From: the human T2T-CHM13v2.0 reference genome, Homo sapiens
Strand: one strand, 5' to 3'
Assembly: GCF_009914755.1 (NCBI RefSeq)
Contig: NC_060930.1
DNA: 64,000 bases
Under the pieces are notes generated by a model. The model did not search any database. It was not told the origin of the DNA and saw nothing but the letters and a program-made list of their open reading frames with translations. Each line of letters begins with the position of its first letter. Positions within the stretch are counted from its first letter, which is position 1. Positions 1-15,415 of the stretch are shown here, one piece after another. The translations under genes were made by a program, and so were the position numbers.

Positions 1-929
1 GGTCTACCAGAGATTTTACTGGTGAGAAAAGAGAGCAGCTAAATGCCACGTGCTTTAACAGTAGTTGGAAAATAATTTATTCTCCTTTAATAATGATATG
101 GACGTGATCCAAAGATTTCTGATGTGGAAAATAGTGCAAAAGTCTATGAAGACTTTAAACAACTAAGAAATAAAATTACAGATTAATACTGCAGATATTG
201 AAAATTAATTTTACACTGCTTAAGGCATCTCCTTCTAGTCTTAGAGTCTCTAAATTTGTTTTGGTTTTAAAAACACAGTTCAAAATGCTGTACAAAATTC
301 TGAAGTGACAGAAATACTTTTTAAGAAAGCAATAAAATAAGTATATTTTAGGAATGTATATAATGGTAAAAAAAGTAAAATATTATTTTGTTTCATAGTA
401 ATGAAGAAGAAATGTTTTAATGTGCATATTAATTTTTCATCAAGCTTCCCACTAAATTCATTCAATTAGGTAAAATAGAGCGTTAGTGCACTGTCTTACT
501 TCTTAAACACAGTTGATTCTATCTGCTTAGTTCTCTCTGAAATTGGTTCTGAATTCTCCACCCCACCTTCGACTGCCTTCAAGACCCAATCTTGTTTTTT
601 CACTAGTCCTCCTGCTTCCCATGTTGGCTACCTCAGATTTATCCTACATATTGCTAGTTGGATGAGTTTTCTAAAAGGTAAATGCGAAGAAATGACTTCA
701 CTGCTTTACATTCAAGAGGAAAAGGCAAAAGTTATGACACATACGGCCTTTCACAAGCAGGTGCCAATCAACATTTTCAACCTCATCTTCTGAGACACTT
801 TCATTCATATACTCTTATCATTAAAATCCTTTCACCATTTCTCAAATACTCTTTATTTTAGGAGTTGGCAAACTGTGGTCCCTGAGTTTTATCCATCCCA
901 TTTTGATAAAACAAAGATTGTAAATATTC

Positions 930-2600
930 AGCTTTACAAGATAATACCAAACTATTACCAATTTACATACCCACCAGCAGCATATGCCAACCCCATTTAA
1001 ATTATATCTTACCACTTTGTATTATCAGCCTTCTTGATTTTTGTCACTTCAGTAGTAGAAAATGAAATGTAATACATATTTGATTACTACTAAAATGACC
1101 TTTTGAGATACCTGAAATATCTCTACCTGTTTTTTTCTCTGAAATGCTCAGTATATAGCTTTGACTGAAATTTGTATTACAAATATCTTCTCCTATCAGA
1201 CTGTATAAGGGATGAAAACCATCCTTTCAAGATGTTAAAAGTTCATGGCTAGGACCCCTATTACAAAAGACAGATTAAGAAGAGAAAAATACAAATTTAT
1301 TAATATAAGTTTTACAAGTCATGGTAGACTTCATAAGGAAATGAAGAACTAATGCAACAGTTAAACCCGAGTGTTTTTATAGCAGGTTTGATGAAGGGTG
1401 ACGTTATAAAGGACTATGATAGGGCGAAGAGTATGAGCTAAGTATAGTAAACTGCAGAAAACTTAGCAAGGCCTGTTTGTTCAGATTCTTCTATGTGTCC
1501 CTTATCTTCGGAAAGAAAGGTGCTTTTTATTTTCCCCCCTAGCTATAAGGAGGACACTTCTCATATGAGGGTCTTATGATCTGCTTCAAGGGAAGGTCAG
1601 AGAGATCTTCCTGTTTTTGTCACTTTCTCCAACTTTTTTCAGGTTAAAATATTCAGTATGCCAAGGTGCCATATTTTGGGGTAATGTGCCCTGAAAGCCA
1701 TCAGTTGCTTTTCTTCTTACTTTACTTATGGTATGAATAACAGTTATTAATTTTAATGAAGTCAAATATATCAATCTTTTTTTTATGGTTAGGGCCTATT
1801 GTTTAAGAAGCTCCTTCAAAGCTGAGTTTTTCAAAAATCCTCTTTTTTATTTGAAAGTTTTAAAAGAGTCCAAGATGTATAGTAGAAAGTTGTTTCAGGT
1901 CCTCCTCCGTCCCCACATACATATCCAGTTACCTGTGCATAACTTTTGAATTGATCCAATGATCTACACAGCCACTTCTGTCCTATATCAAAATTACGTT
2001 AAGTACATGAGTCACTTTCTGGATTTTCCATTTTATTCTTAGAGGAAACATATTATTCTGTGCTGACAGTAAATGATTTCAACTACTATAGTTCTGTAAC
2101 ATATTGTATATATTATGGAGATATTCCCAGGCCTAGTTCTTTTCTTCTTGAGCATCTTAGCTCTTTTTTATGTTTTGTTCTGGGTAACTTCTTCAGATTT
2201 AAATTCTAGCTAATAAATTATCTCTTCATTTTGCCAAATCTGCTACTAAGTCCATCCAAAGAGTTATTTTTAAATTTGAACAATTATGCTTTCCCTTCCT
2301 ACAAGTTCCATTTGGTTCTTCGTAAACGGATCTTTGTTTAGTTATTCCTGATAGCATCTTGTTAATCTTTATGATTTGCACTTTATTTCTTTAGAGATTT
2401 TGTACAAGGCTATTTGTATTTGACAATCCCAATACCTGCAGTTTTTTTGAGGATTTACATCTGTTGTTTCTGCTAACTCTCACTCTTGAAAGTGAGTTAC
2501 TTTCAAGAATGCTTGGTGACCTTTGATTGTGAGTTAATTGCTTTATGTTAGCCTGTGGGAACCCTGCAGGCCTAAATTGATCATGCTTTCATCTCAAAGA
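930..2600 (-). mobile_element. Old L1M (L1ME-like) fragments, interrupted by an LTR
   Basis: T-rich L1-like motifs (ccaatttacatacccaccagcag; aagttccatttggttcttc); boundaries approximate. Confidence 0.5.
1202..1703 (-). mobile_element. ERV1 solo LTR, MER34-group-like
   Basis: TG...CA ends; minus strand starts tgatggctttcagggcacattaccccaaaatatggcaccttggcat, resembling the MER34-type 5' end. Confidence 0.65.
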
Positions 2601-2799
2601 TAATTTACATCTCCTACCAGTAGCTATGAGGTGTCTCAGACCTCAGACCACCTCTGCCAGCTCCATATGGGAGTCCCAGGCTAGGCAACACTCTTATTAC
2701 CAGTCTGAAGATAAAAGTCTCAAGGGCAATATAGTTTTAGCATCCCCCTTCAGGTATTACCAACCTCTCTTTCTGCCTGTTGCTCACTGTTTTCAGCTC

Positions 2800-2908
2800 G
2801 CTCTCACTCTCTCTCTCTCTCCTTCTCTCTCTCTCTCTCTATATATATAATATATAAATAAATATATATACATATATAAATAAATATTTATACATATATA
2901 AATAAATA

Positions 2909-2950
<42 letters not shown>
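2800..2950. repeat. Compound microsatellite (CT)n-(TA)n
   Basis: CT tract about 2800-2840, then interrupted TA, then a pure (TA)17 at 2917-2950. Confidence 0.95.
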
Positions 2951-2954
<4 letters not shown>

Positions 2955-3646
2955 GCAGAATAGTGAGTCCTGAGATATCTCCACCAGCCACTGTAAGTCC
3001 AGCAATGTATCCACAGATGTGTCCTATCCAGGGTAGGACTGTTCTGCAGAGGTCCTCTGAGAACCTAATTTGCCAGGCTTCCAAAATGGGAAGTGGGATC
3101 ATGGGCTTTTATGTTCTTTAGTGTTCCTAACACCTTTCCCTTAACTACCCTCTCACCTCTAAATACCAGTTAATCATTTTCCCATAACCCAAATAAAAAT
3201 TGTATTGCAAATATTTCTCAGCAAGTCTACAACTCACACTAGGTCTGGAGCGAATCAAGGGCAAAGATATAATCTCATTCATGTCTTTATGGCTAATGAT
3301 TTTTACATAGTTACCAATACATTATAAACTTTTAATATATATTTGCCCAATGAATAGGTAACATATTAAAAATGCTCATAATTTGTCAAGGTATGCTACT
3401 TATATAAGAGCATTTATCAACTATAATATACTGCTTAAAGTTTTAAACTTTTTTTGAAACAAATACATTAATGCTAGGGTTAACTGAACTAATTTATAAA
3501 ATCTAAAACATTCTTTAAGAGAAAAATTCTGCTTTTCATAGCATCAGTTGGTAAAGAGCTTCAACATCTCTGGAAAAACACTAATAGTGAACATTCTTGT
3601 CAGGTGGCCTTAATTTTTTTTTTTTTTGATAAAACAAAACCATTAA

Positions 3647-3831
3647 TCAGAGTTTGAATTCCAGCTTTGCCGCAAGTTGACCTTAGGTAAGTTAACCACT
3701 GCTCCTCACTTCTTATTGGTAAAATGGAGATTGAGTCTACCTTCTAGATTGACTCAAAGATTAAATGTATTGAAACATGTAAAGTGCTAAGGACAATATC
3801 TGGTACTTCATAGAGCCTCAGTAAGTATTAG
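3647..3831 (+). mobile_element. MIR SINE
   Basis: tttgaattccagctttgcc...gaccttaggtaagttaac...gtaaaatggag...gtaaagtgct core motifs. Confidence 0.7.
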
Positions 3832-4734
3832 GGAATGTATAAACAGATTCGAATAAAGTTCTCTTTCTAAATCTAGATTTCTGCACCATAAATATTATAG
3901 CATCACAGAAGCAGCATTAGATGGAGGGAAGTCTACTTTCTAAAAAAAACAGAGATAAGAATCTGTTATTGTTTATCATTTAGTACGTATTTGTTGAATT
4001 ATCTGATGGGTACAAAACATTGTACTAGGCTAAAAAACCAGAAAGATGAACAAGTGTTCTTCCTTTAGAGAGCGTATAAACTAGAAGAAGAATATGGTAA
4101 GTACTCAAATGACTGTACTTATTAGCATCATACTGCAATACATACCATGGCTACTGGTATTACAGAAGAGGCACAGATAGGGCTCCTCCACAGGGGGATG
4201 AATTTGTATCTGATTTCTTGACAATCTAAAACATTTCTTAGAATCATTCAACAAAAAAAGTCCAACTCCAGTTTTCAAATAAAGAAAGACAATCTCAGGA
4301 GAGGAAAGTGGCTTTTTAATAGTTCTAGTATTAACTTCTGACATAATTAAAAATATAGCCTATGCTTTCTGACTCCCATCTGGCACTTTCACTTGGGAGA
4401 AATGTGATTAAGCTGCCTATATTAGGAGTAATGTTTAACACTGCCTTTTCAAAACATGGGGGTGAGGTGGGGGATACAATAGAGGTGTCAACCTCAACTA
4501 CTACCTAACAAAAAGAAAGGAAAAGCTGGGGAGATATAAATACACATAAATTGGCAGTCAGTCACATTCTTTTGGGGACAAATAAAAGCAGACTTAAATG
4601 GATAGACAAATGAATGGAATCTGGGAGGGTTCTGAGAGGAAGCCTTAGAAGCAAAAAGAAAAAAAAAAAATACATGTTCCATGCCCCATCTTAAACACAC
4701 AAAGAAAACATTTACTTTTTTGTTTCCTTCCTTT

Positions 4735-5000
4735 CATTAATTAAATGAATTATTTGTTGTCCCTGGCATGTACCTGGCACACTTCTAGGGTTTGAAGAAT
4801 CATCACTGAACAAAACAGAGAATATCTCCACTCTCGTGCAGTTTACATCCCTGTGTTGTCTAGTAAACAATAGACAAGTAAACAAGGATCACCTGATAGT
4901 GAGGACTTCCATACTGAGAATTAAAATAGAAGGACAAGGTGGAGTGCCTTGGTGACTGTGTTAGATTTGGAGCTGAGAGAAGACCTTTCTGAAGAAGACA
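4735..5000 (-). mobile_element. L2 3' fragment
   Basis: ttcattaattaaatgaattatttg...tacctggcacacttctaggg L2 tail pattern. Confidence 0.5.
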
Positions 5001-6472
5001 CGGAGGTAGATGGTGTGGGTTTTTTTAAGTTGAGGAACTGTATCATCTCAAAAGCAAAAATGCTTTAAGTACCTTGTCTATGTAGTAGGTGCAAAAGGGA
5101 GTTCAGTGGTTATGGAGTTGTTTCATTGACAAATAAGACTTTTTTGCCCACCTGAAATAATAAAAATCAGAGAATAACAATAGGATGAAATTAAAATTTA
5201 ATTTGGGGAAGTAAAAAAAGAAATACCCTGGAAAGTAATGAGCTGGTTCACATTTATGCCAAAGGTAAAGGAAGGAAAGGAGTGTAAATCACAAGAAACT
5301 ATACCTTCCACATACTGATTATTACATATGTGACATCCAAGTAGTAATGGCCTATTAAGAGTAAAACAAGCTGAGCTGAACATTAATGGGAAATAAGAGA
5401 AAGAAGTACAAACAAACAGTGCGGAATTATATATTTAAACATAGTGTTTATAGCAAAGTAAGCTACAGAACAACTAAACCTGACCCAAAATGAAATTGTT
5501 CTGAAATGATAAATGTGGATATATGGAGACGTTGGGGGAAAAAGCTTCATGATAATGTCAGTGATATTTTTTTCCCTCCCACAAACTACAGGACCAGAAA
5601 AGTCTCTTCTTCAGGGAAAAATCTAAAATATTAAAATCCAGGTACTGTATGTAATTAAAAGGCAAATGCACTTGACATTTTTAGTGGTACAATCTCAGAA
5701 TGCCAGATCTGGGACAGTCATCCAAACATGCCATTCAAAGCACAAACAGGAACAAAATCACATTTGAATATTAGAGAAAGAAATAGAAAACAAATAAAAC
5801 CTTTACTAGTGCTCAAATTATAAGAACGTGATGTGATCTAAAATAGTAAAGATGGTCGACATTTTAAACCTATTCCCACTCTGCTTATTTACGAAATGAA
5901 GGGTTAAGACTAGCTGTTTTTTGGGATGCTTTTAGTTATGAATTCCATTTTCATTTTGAGTAGGTCATTTTCCACCAAGGCTTCGATAATTCCTTAATCT
6001 GGCATATCTCAGGAGAATACACAACATGGTTTAAATCACGTTAATAGAGGTTGCACTACAATTTTTAGAGGTGTTTATTTACTAAATTAGAGACTGCCTT
6101 AATATTAAACAGATGAACCAGATTTAAAAAATGATTTTAGTTGAGCTCTAGCTTTTCCAAGATAATTTAGTATAAAGTCTAAATTATTAATAAATATTTT
6201 AGAGTTTGAGATTGGTTTTTAATCCTAAAATATTTTTTGGCCTTGAGTGAATGAATGAAAAGATGGGAGCCTTATTTTTAAATGGTTCTTGGCTGTCTAA
6301 AATTTTCTAATAACTACATTTCACAATTTCTAATTCTCAAAGTATCTAACAAACACACCCAAAATACTTCAGTGGGCTATAGATTGTCCAATTCTAGATA
6401 ATCAACCTTTTTATACTCAACATCTTCCCTTGTCTAAATTGGACCCTTTTGATAAGAAAGTTTCATCTCTTC

Positions 6473-6777
<305 letters not shown>

Positions 6778-8777
6778 TCATCTCTTCCACAAAGCCTTTT
6801 CCAGCCCTCAATCCCCCAAGGGACTTCGGAATTTCTCTGCACTTGTTGGCTGTGTTTCTCATTTGAACTTTAAATCACAGCCTAATAGAGGTAGGCTGGA
6901 GTTTTAGAAGGAGCAAGGCTTTCTGAAGTGACCATTCACCAATGTATAGAGTTGGGGAAGTTACATAACTTGAATCTCAGTTTCTTTGTCTATAAAATGT
7001 AGTAGTAATATTCTTTTATATATATTCTAAGAATTATATGAGATAATGTTGAAGAAAGCTTATAAAGGTTTGTTTCCTGTGTGTGTTTTCCATTTATTTC
7101 TTCTTGGAGGGTACATACCAGCGCCTATCTTGACTCTCTAGCAAAGAGTAACAATTCAGGAAATATTTGATCCCCAAATCCCTCGCTTACATTAGAGATT
7201 TGACCACCAACACTCTGTACGCCACTGTTTGGAAAACAGAGTTTTACAATGTAAATGCAAATTGGCTTTTGCTTGCTATTTGAAAAGCTAGAGTAGTTGG
7301 TATAAATTAGTTCTCAGAAGAAATTAAGTGCCTGTTAGTGGCACAGTTGGATCTCTCATACTCCTTTCTTCTTTATGGCTGCTTCAGATTCTCCTGCGAC
7401 CACTTCATAAAACACTGCGTGTGTTGGTAGCGGGGCTGGAAGGTCGGGGGACAGAGGGGTGCTTGTTTTGTCTTTTTGCCATGAAAACTTTTGGTCCCTT
7501 ACGTTTCTTCTCTTAAAATCTAATACTCAGCAGCCTTTAAGCAAGTGACTTCATTTTTCCTTGACCTTTAGTATATTTACTTTTTCGATTATTTTCAAAT
7601 CCACTGAATCCAAGTGGTTCACATATTCCATGAGAGTTTTGAATTCCTAAAAGCCAGTTTCTATGCACCTCACTCCAAATGAGTCCAACTACTGTCAATG
7701 ACCCCCAGCTTACGGAGTAAAGGAAAAATCTTCATTGATTTTGAAGGGATCGCTGAGGCACCGTCCTCCAGTATTGCCAGATCAAACAGCTGGCTGGGGG
7801 TCCTCAGTATTTCCCGGAACACCTAACCCACCTGGATGATCCAAGTTATTCCTCTTCCATCTGCCTCACTCTGAGTTTGCTCTTTCCATGGATATCACTG
7901 AATTTATATTTTATGAACATATTTCTTTCACAATCTGCCCCCAATATGTTTTCACAATTTGAGAGACTAGAGAGCTAAGATATTTAAAGGAAAATTGTGT
8001 TCTCTATCAAGTTTACACATACTTAGTAGGTTAAGATACTGGAGCCTGCCTCATCTCAGCTACTTGGGATCACTGCACGAACCAAAATGCTCAGATACGG
8101 AGATTAAAAACTTACATTACAAAATCCCATCCTCACCGCATTTTCTGCTTTAAAAATACTGAACAGTTCTCTGACCTGTAGTGAACTCAGCAGTGGAGCT
8201 GGAGCAGCCAAGAAAAATGGGGCAAAAGAAGAGTCAAACCAAAGGCTAAAATCTGTAAAACCAAGTATAATTTGAGAAACAGGATCGATAAAGCTATCCA
8301 ATAAATTGTTAATAACATCACATGTGACTATTAACAGTTTTCCCCAAATCTTAGCTGACGAGTGATTTCTAATTTTCTTGAAATTAGAAACTTCAAGCTG
8401 AAGTTACAAGAATCAGGTGAAATGACAGAAATCATTTTCTACGCATAAATCACTTCTGATCTTAAATTCACAACTCCCTAAAGTCAAATTTTCTTCATCA
8501 AACCTCTCTGGATGCTAGATTGGTAGTGTCAGCCCCTCCTAACTTTCTCAACTCTCCTTCTGCCCTGGAGCTGGTGTTGCCTCCTTTGTCTTCTTAACAT
8601 TCAGATTTATGTTCACCACTGAATTTGCCCCCAGCATGTTCCTTATTTTGGTGTGGTTTCCCAATAAAACTCTGCTGGGAAGTATTCTTTTAAACAATAT
8701 GATTAAAACAAAAAAAACCAAACTATCATTTCTCACCTAGACTATTTTAAAACAGAACTATTCGATCTCTTATTTTA

Positions 8778-9087
8778 TTTTATTTTTTTGAGACAGGGTC
8801 TCACTCTGTCTCCAGGGCTAGAGTGCAATGGAGCTATCTTGGCTCAGTGCAGCCTCACCCACCTGGGCTCAAGCGATCCTCCCAGCTTAGCCTCTGGAGT
8901 AGCTGGGACTATAGGGACATGCCACTATGCCTGGCTAATGTTTTCTTTCTTTCTTTTTTTTTTTTTTGGTAGAGGTGAGGTGCCTCCATGTTGTCCAGGT
9001 TTGTCTTGAACTCCTGGGTTCAAGCAATCTGCCTGCCTTGGCCTCCCAAAGTGCTGGGATTACAGGCATGAGCCACCACACCAGGCC
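8778..9087 (-). mobile_element. AluJ
   Basis: Two-arm Alu with J-type ctgggctcaagcgatcctccc; TSD atctcttatttta at 8765-8777 and 9089-9101. Confidence 0.9.
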
Positions 9088-9643
9088 AATCTCTTATTTT
9101 AAACTCAAATAGAGACATCTCTAGGGCAATCAGATAATTCACAAATTTTAATCTCTGTTCACTCATATTATTTTTCTTTCCCAAACAGGCATTTAACATA
9201 CCCGCACAATTCAAAGCTACTTAAATATTCCAAGTCATCACAGTAACTCAATCCTTTAAGCACATAACATTTCAACCCAGATGAACACACTAAAATAATT
9301 TAGAAACAGACTAAAATAATTCCTTGTAAGAGCTCTGTAAACATCTGGACAAATCTTATTCTATCATATCACAATGTACTTTAATAACTAAGTCTATTCT
9401 AGGCACATGGCCACAACTACTTGCATTGTAACAGATGATGTTCTCAATATAAGATTATGTTGCTATGGCATCAACAAACCATGATCTTATGAATCAATTC
9501 TCTTATTTACCAGGATCATTTTTAAGGAAAATAAAAAATTACTGGTTCTCTATTACATGTTTACATTTATGATAAATGTAAATTTAGCACTAAGTATGAA
9601 AATTAGTAATTTGACATTTTCTTAGTGTACAAAATGAGACCTA

Positions 9644-9971
<328 letters not shown>

Positions 9972-9993
9972 TCACTGATAATTGCTAGAATTT

Positions 9994-10028
9994 ATCATTA
10001 GATTTTTCAGGATCATTAGATTTTTCAG
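9994..10028. repeat. Short tandem duplication (period 18)
   Basis: atcattagatttttcag g atcattagatttttcag. Confidence 0.9.
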
Positions 10029-10654
10029 CAATATAGTTTTGCAATTTATTAACATGTACCAAAAGAATGAATATGAGAGAATAGAATGTAAATTGTAATA
10101 TTTACCTTTTCAACTAAGATCACACAGTACTAGTTTATTTTGCAGTACAACAAGTTTGTCTTTGACATATGTGGAATAAATTCTACAAAGCTGAAAGAAT
10201 TTGCCAGTCCTTTTAAATTAAGATTATCTCAAGCTATTTCCAAATCCTCAACAAACTGAAACATGGTTTTTGCATTCTGCATGTAGGAATGTGGCTGACA
10301 ACAAAGATTTGCATAAGACACTCCACTCTCTCCCTGTGAGGCCAAGTTTTGTATTCCTTCATTAGTTTGTATGAATTCATATAACGAAGTCTCTGGCTCA
10401 GACAGATTGTTTTCTCTAACTTTTGTTATATGAAGATTATTTCAGCTGAACCTGAAAGGAGACACACATTCTTATACATCTTTTGCAAAATTGTCCTACC
10501 TTATAGAGGAAGAATAAGTAAACACATTTAAATCAAGATGAAAATCAATAGTTTGTAGATTAGAAAACCCTGGTTCTATCTAGCTCAAATAAGATCAAAT
10601 GCTGACTTAACAACTGCATCTAAAAGAAAAAGTCATAAAATAATTTTCTATGTC

Positions 10655-11130
10655 TGTATTAGTTTCTCAAGGCCACTGCAGAAAACTGCCACACACTTGA
10701 TGGCTAAAAACCACACATATTTATTCTCTTACAGTTCTGGGAACTAGAGGGCCCCAAAGCAGTATCACTGGGCCAAAATCAAGGTGTCAGTAGGGTTACC
10801 CTCGCTGCTGAGGCTCTAGAAGAGAACTCATTCCTTGCCTTTTCCAGCTACCAGTGCTGCTGGCATTCCTTGACTTGGGGTTACATGACTCCAGTCTCTA
10901 CCTCTGTGGTCACATTGACTTCTCCTCTGTCAAATCTTCCTCTGCTTTGCTCTTATAAGAATACATGTAACTGGATTTAGGGCCCACACTGTTAATCCAG
11001 TATAATCTACCTTGTCAAGATCCTTTACTTAATCACATTTGCAAAGACCGCTTTTCCCTAAAAGATAACATTTACAGCTTATTGGGATTAGGACCTGGTA
11101 TCTTCCAGTAGCCATTATTCAGCCTACTAA
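10655..11130 (-). mobile_element. MaLR solo LTR (MLT1C/D/E-like)
   Basis: tgtattagtttc...tttattctcttacagttctgg...aaatcaaggtgtc...gccattattcagcctac, typical reverse-oriented MLT1. Confidence 0.8.
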
Positions 11131-11564
11131 AATCTATATGCTTTCCAATGTATTTTTAAACAGAATTTTTCAAGGTATAGGCTTTAAAAAATTAAGAGAA
11201 TCCCAAGAGATCTAAACAGTAAGAGAGAGAGGCCTAAGTGATGATATTGAGTGGTATTGAACAAAATAAGACAAAGAAGATCATCTGCCATATTTGACAG
11301 ATGTTGGTAGACAACATCTTCTCTTCATGTTCCGTTGTTTGTAATTTGTTTTTACTGCTACCAGAACCTCTTACAATTCTCTACTCACTCATGTAAATAC
11401 TAGCTGCAGAAGGTCTGGCAAAACTTTCTCCTATTTGTATATGTGTAAAGTGGTCTTTCCCTTACATCAAGTTAAAGAAAAAATACAGTTGTAATAGCTA
11501 CTTCCCAATAGCCAAAGGGTTGTATTTGAAAGAGGGATGAAAATCACTCCAGGTACCAAGAAAA

Positions 11565-11735
11565 ACTACTGTGTGATCTGGGACAAGTTATCTGCTTTTT
11601 TTGAGACCCACTTTTCTCATCTTTACAATGAAATAACTAAATTCTGCTCTCTAGGCTTGTTCTGAAGATTACTGAATATACATTTAAAGTACCTAGAAGT
11701 ATTTGACACATAGCAGGAACTTAATATACAATTAC
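11565..11735 (+). mobile_element. MIR SINE
   Basis: ctgtgtgatctgggacaagtta...ttttctcatctttacaatg core. Confidence 0.6.
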
Positions 11736-12652
11736 TGGTATTACTATTAAGGATTAAGAAAGCACTGGCATGCAACATATTATATATTTGACAAGATTAC
11801 ATCATCTTGAAAAAATATAAGAAGTATTCTTTTTGTATAGTACTTTAAGGAGGATATTATTCATTTTATATCATTTTCCTTCTCACTGTGATATGTAGAA
11901 TATATCACACCAAAATTGTGGTTGACCCAACACTCCAACCAGTGTCCTATTTTATTCACTCTGTATTTCTTAATCTATTCAATAAATATTACTAAATCCA
12001 TTTGCTGTGCTAGATGCTGAGGGAGGTGTGTGACACAGCCTGTAGTCTAGTAGGGGAGGTAGGCATTAAATAATTAACTCCAGTCAATTTCAGTGCTATA
12101 TATGAAAAAGACAATTCACTCCTTTTTATGACTTGACTTACAGCTCACAGTGCCCAGAAAACTGGGATTCTTGATAGAATGCGCCACATATATCCTAATT
12201 AGCAACAATCACTAGTTTGGCCCCATAATGTACATACCTAACACACACTTTCACAGGCAAGAGAAGAAAATACCTATCATCATATTATGATCAAAGTATT
12301 TTGAAGTAAAAATACTTCCTCATTATTTCTTAGAATACTGCATACAGCAATTCCTTTAAAAGCAGACTCTACTAGCATGTTTCCCACTGAACAGAACTGT
12401 TTGTCCATTTAACCAAAAGGTATTTATTGCCCGGGAATTCATTAGTTCATTATTTGAAGAAATACGTATATTGGGCAAGAATGTAAATCAGGCTGTTTAG
12501 TTATCACATGAAAATGCATAAAACAGTACCCACATTCAAAGAGTTCAAAGAGTCCTTCAGGAAATCAGGTGCCTAAAAGTCAAACTGACCTTTAAAAAAA
12601 AAATGTTCATAGCTTCCTCTGTTAAATGAATGATCGTTTCAGAGCTTTCTAA

Positions 12653-13009
<357 letters not shown>

Positions 13010-14136
13010 GTATCTTCTTTTACCGATGAGGACACTGACAGGTTGGTATCACCTCTTTCCTAGTCTATATTGCAGCCACTCCCTTATTGAAGTTTCTGAC
13101 TCCAAGTCCTACTCATCCTAATCTACCTGCAGCTTTTAAGGTGTCATTTTTCTAAAACTTAAATATGATCCTATCATTGTTCTTCTTAATAGCCTACAAA
13201 GATTTCAGGGAAAATGAAAATGACGAATATAAATTATACTGCACACACTATTTATAATAATATTTAGCCACTTAAAATTAAAACACATAAAAATGTGGGT
13301 AAAGCTCATGGTAAAATAGTAACTACAAATAATTACAAGTCACAATCTTTGCAATTATGAGAAATGTTTAAGTAAGCACCTGATAAAAAAAAGGAAAAAG
13401 CAAAAGTGATAACAGTTGCTTAGAATATTGTTTCAGAACACCTTTTAAGGTTACCACACTGTTTTAATTTTTAAAGTGGAAGAGAAAGTGCTTTAGCACT
13501 GTTGATAGCTGCCACCCTGCCCTCAAGATAAAGTGAATCTTGAGTCTTACAGCCCTTTCTCATATCTGTATCAACATACATTTTAGCCTAATTTCTTACT
13601 AACTCCTCAGTATATTCTTGAACACTGCATTAACTTTCATGTCTAACTGCAAACCTCTGCCCATGCTGTTACCAGTGTGGATATGGTCTCTGGTTTTTCT
13701 ACCTATTTAAATGTCACTTTGTATGGAATTCTATTTCATGTTTAGGCACACTGCATGAAATTATTACTTCAACTATCAGGTTCTTTCACAATTCACAACT
13801 TCTTGAGAGCATGGAACATATCCTATGTATTTTTAGTATTTTCTCAATGCCTAGTGTAAGACATATGGCAGAGAGTAAGTGTGCAACAAAATTGTGTTAA
13901 TATTCATATTTTTCATAAGTGAAAACAATTTTTTTGTTGATATGATGCTTTGATGGTTTCTGATTTAAGGTTAGGATGTTAAACGGACTCTATTTTTACA
14001 TGACCATAATTCTACTCCCCAATTCTGTTCCTAAATCTTTAGTGAGCTAAGAATTCAGATTCATGGTAAGGTTAGAATTGTGCTGGACTGCTTGTGACTT
14101 CAACTATCCATCTTCCATGGTCAGTTCTTGATCAAC

Positions 14137-14756
14137 TGATACAGTTTGGGTGTTTGTGCCCTCCAAATCTCATGCTGAGATGTATTCCCCAATGCTGGAG
14201 ATGGGACTTGGTGGGAGGTTTTTGGTTTTGGGGGTTGGCTCTCTCACGAATGCCTTGGTGCCATCCTCACAGTAATGAGTGTTCTTGTGAGATCTGGTTG
14301 TTTAAAGAGTGTGGACCTTCCCTCTCCTGTCTCCCTCTCTTGCCAAGTGATACATGGTTCCCCTTCACCTTCTGCCATGATTGTAAGCTCCCTGAGGCCC
14401 TCACCAGAAGCAGATGCCAGCACTACGCTTCCTCTACAGCCTGCAGAACCATGAACCATTTAAACCTCTTCTCTTTATAAACTACCCAGTCTCTGACTGC
14501 ATGCAGTGGCTCACACCTGTAATCCCAGCACTCTGGGAGGCTGAGGCAGGTGGATCATTTGAGTTCAAGACCAGCTTGGCTAACATGGTGAAACCCGATC
14601 ACTACTAAAAATACAAAAATTAGCTGGACAGGGTGGCGGGCACCTGTAATCCGAGCTACTGGGGAGGCGAGGCAGAAAAATCACTTGAACCTAAGAAGCA
14701 GAGGTTGTAGTGCCAATGCACTCCAGCCTGGGTGACAGAGTGAGATTCCATCTCAA

Positions 14757-14813
<57 letters not shown>

Positions 14814-14860
14814 CCAGCCTCACATATTACTTTATAGCAATGCAAGGACTAACTAACACA
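14137..14860 (+). mobile_element. MaLR solo LTR (MST-type) split by an Alu
   Basis: Starts tgatacagtttgggtgtttgtgccctccaaatctcatg; ccttctgccatgattgtaagctccctgaggcc; resumes after the Alu with ccagcctcacatattactttatagcaatgcaaggactaactaacaca. Confidence 0.85.
14494..14813 (+). mobile_element. AluS with (AAT)19 tail, nested in the MST LTR
   Basis: Alu body with small deletions; aat x19 at 14757-14813. Confidence 0.9.
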
Positions 14861-14984
14861 CCAAATGAAGGCCAAATTTCTTACTTTGCTTACTCTTCAA
14901 AATACTTGTAAAGCATCATGATCCAGATGTGCTGGAGATTGAGGATGAAAGATAAAAGAAGAAAGAATCTATACTCTCAAAAAT

Positions 14985-15415
14985 ATCACTGCTTAGGTTC
15001 CCTAGAAGCAGAGCCTAAGACAAGGATTTGGATGCACATGATTTATTAAGGGAGTGTTGTCAGATGAAAAGGAGAGAGGAAAGTAGGGTAGGAAAGGGAA
15101 AGCAGCTAAGTGAGAATGTGGTATTAGCATAAGTCTAACTTCAGCCTGATGTCACGGGGAGCACTAGAGCATGAATTGCCCCAGAGTTGACCTAATGAAG
15201 TGAGGGCACTGGCTTTTTGTATTCCCCATGTCAGTTAGTCATCAGATATGAGCTGATAGTGCTGGGAGATGGGCACATAAGGTTTGGCAAAGTAAATGTT
15301 TTTCAGCTACAAGTGATTCTGAAGAGAAGTGGGGGCTGTGAGCCAATAGCAGCTAACACTGACGGAAACTGGGCATTTTACAGGCTTGGTAAAAGGGATC
15401 TGGCCAGGGCACCAA
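14985..15415 (-). mobile_element. Old ERVL LTR (LTR16/LTR33-like)
   Basis: ggttccctagaagcagagcctaagacaaggatttggatgcacatgatttattaagggag resembles an LTR16-group end. Confidence 0.5.

Noticed and set aside
8116-8175. 60-nt cassette exon candidate on the minus strand (ctacag|...AAT|gtaagt)
   Set aside because: In the required phase 1 it contains an in-frame TAA, and the pyrimidine tract is weak.
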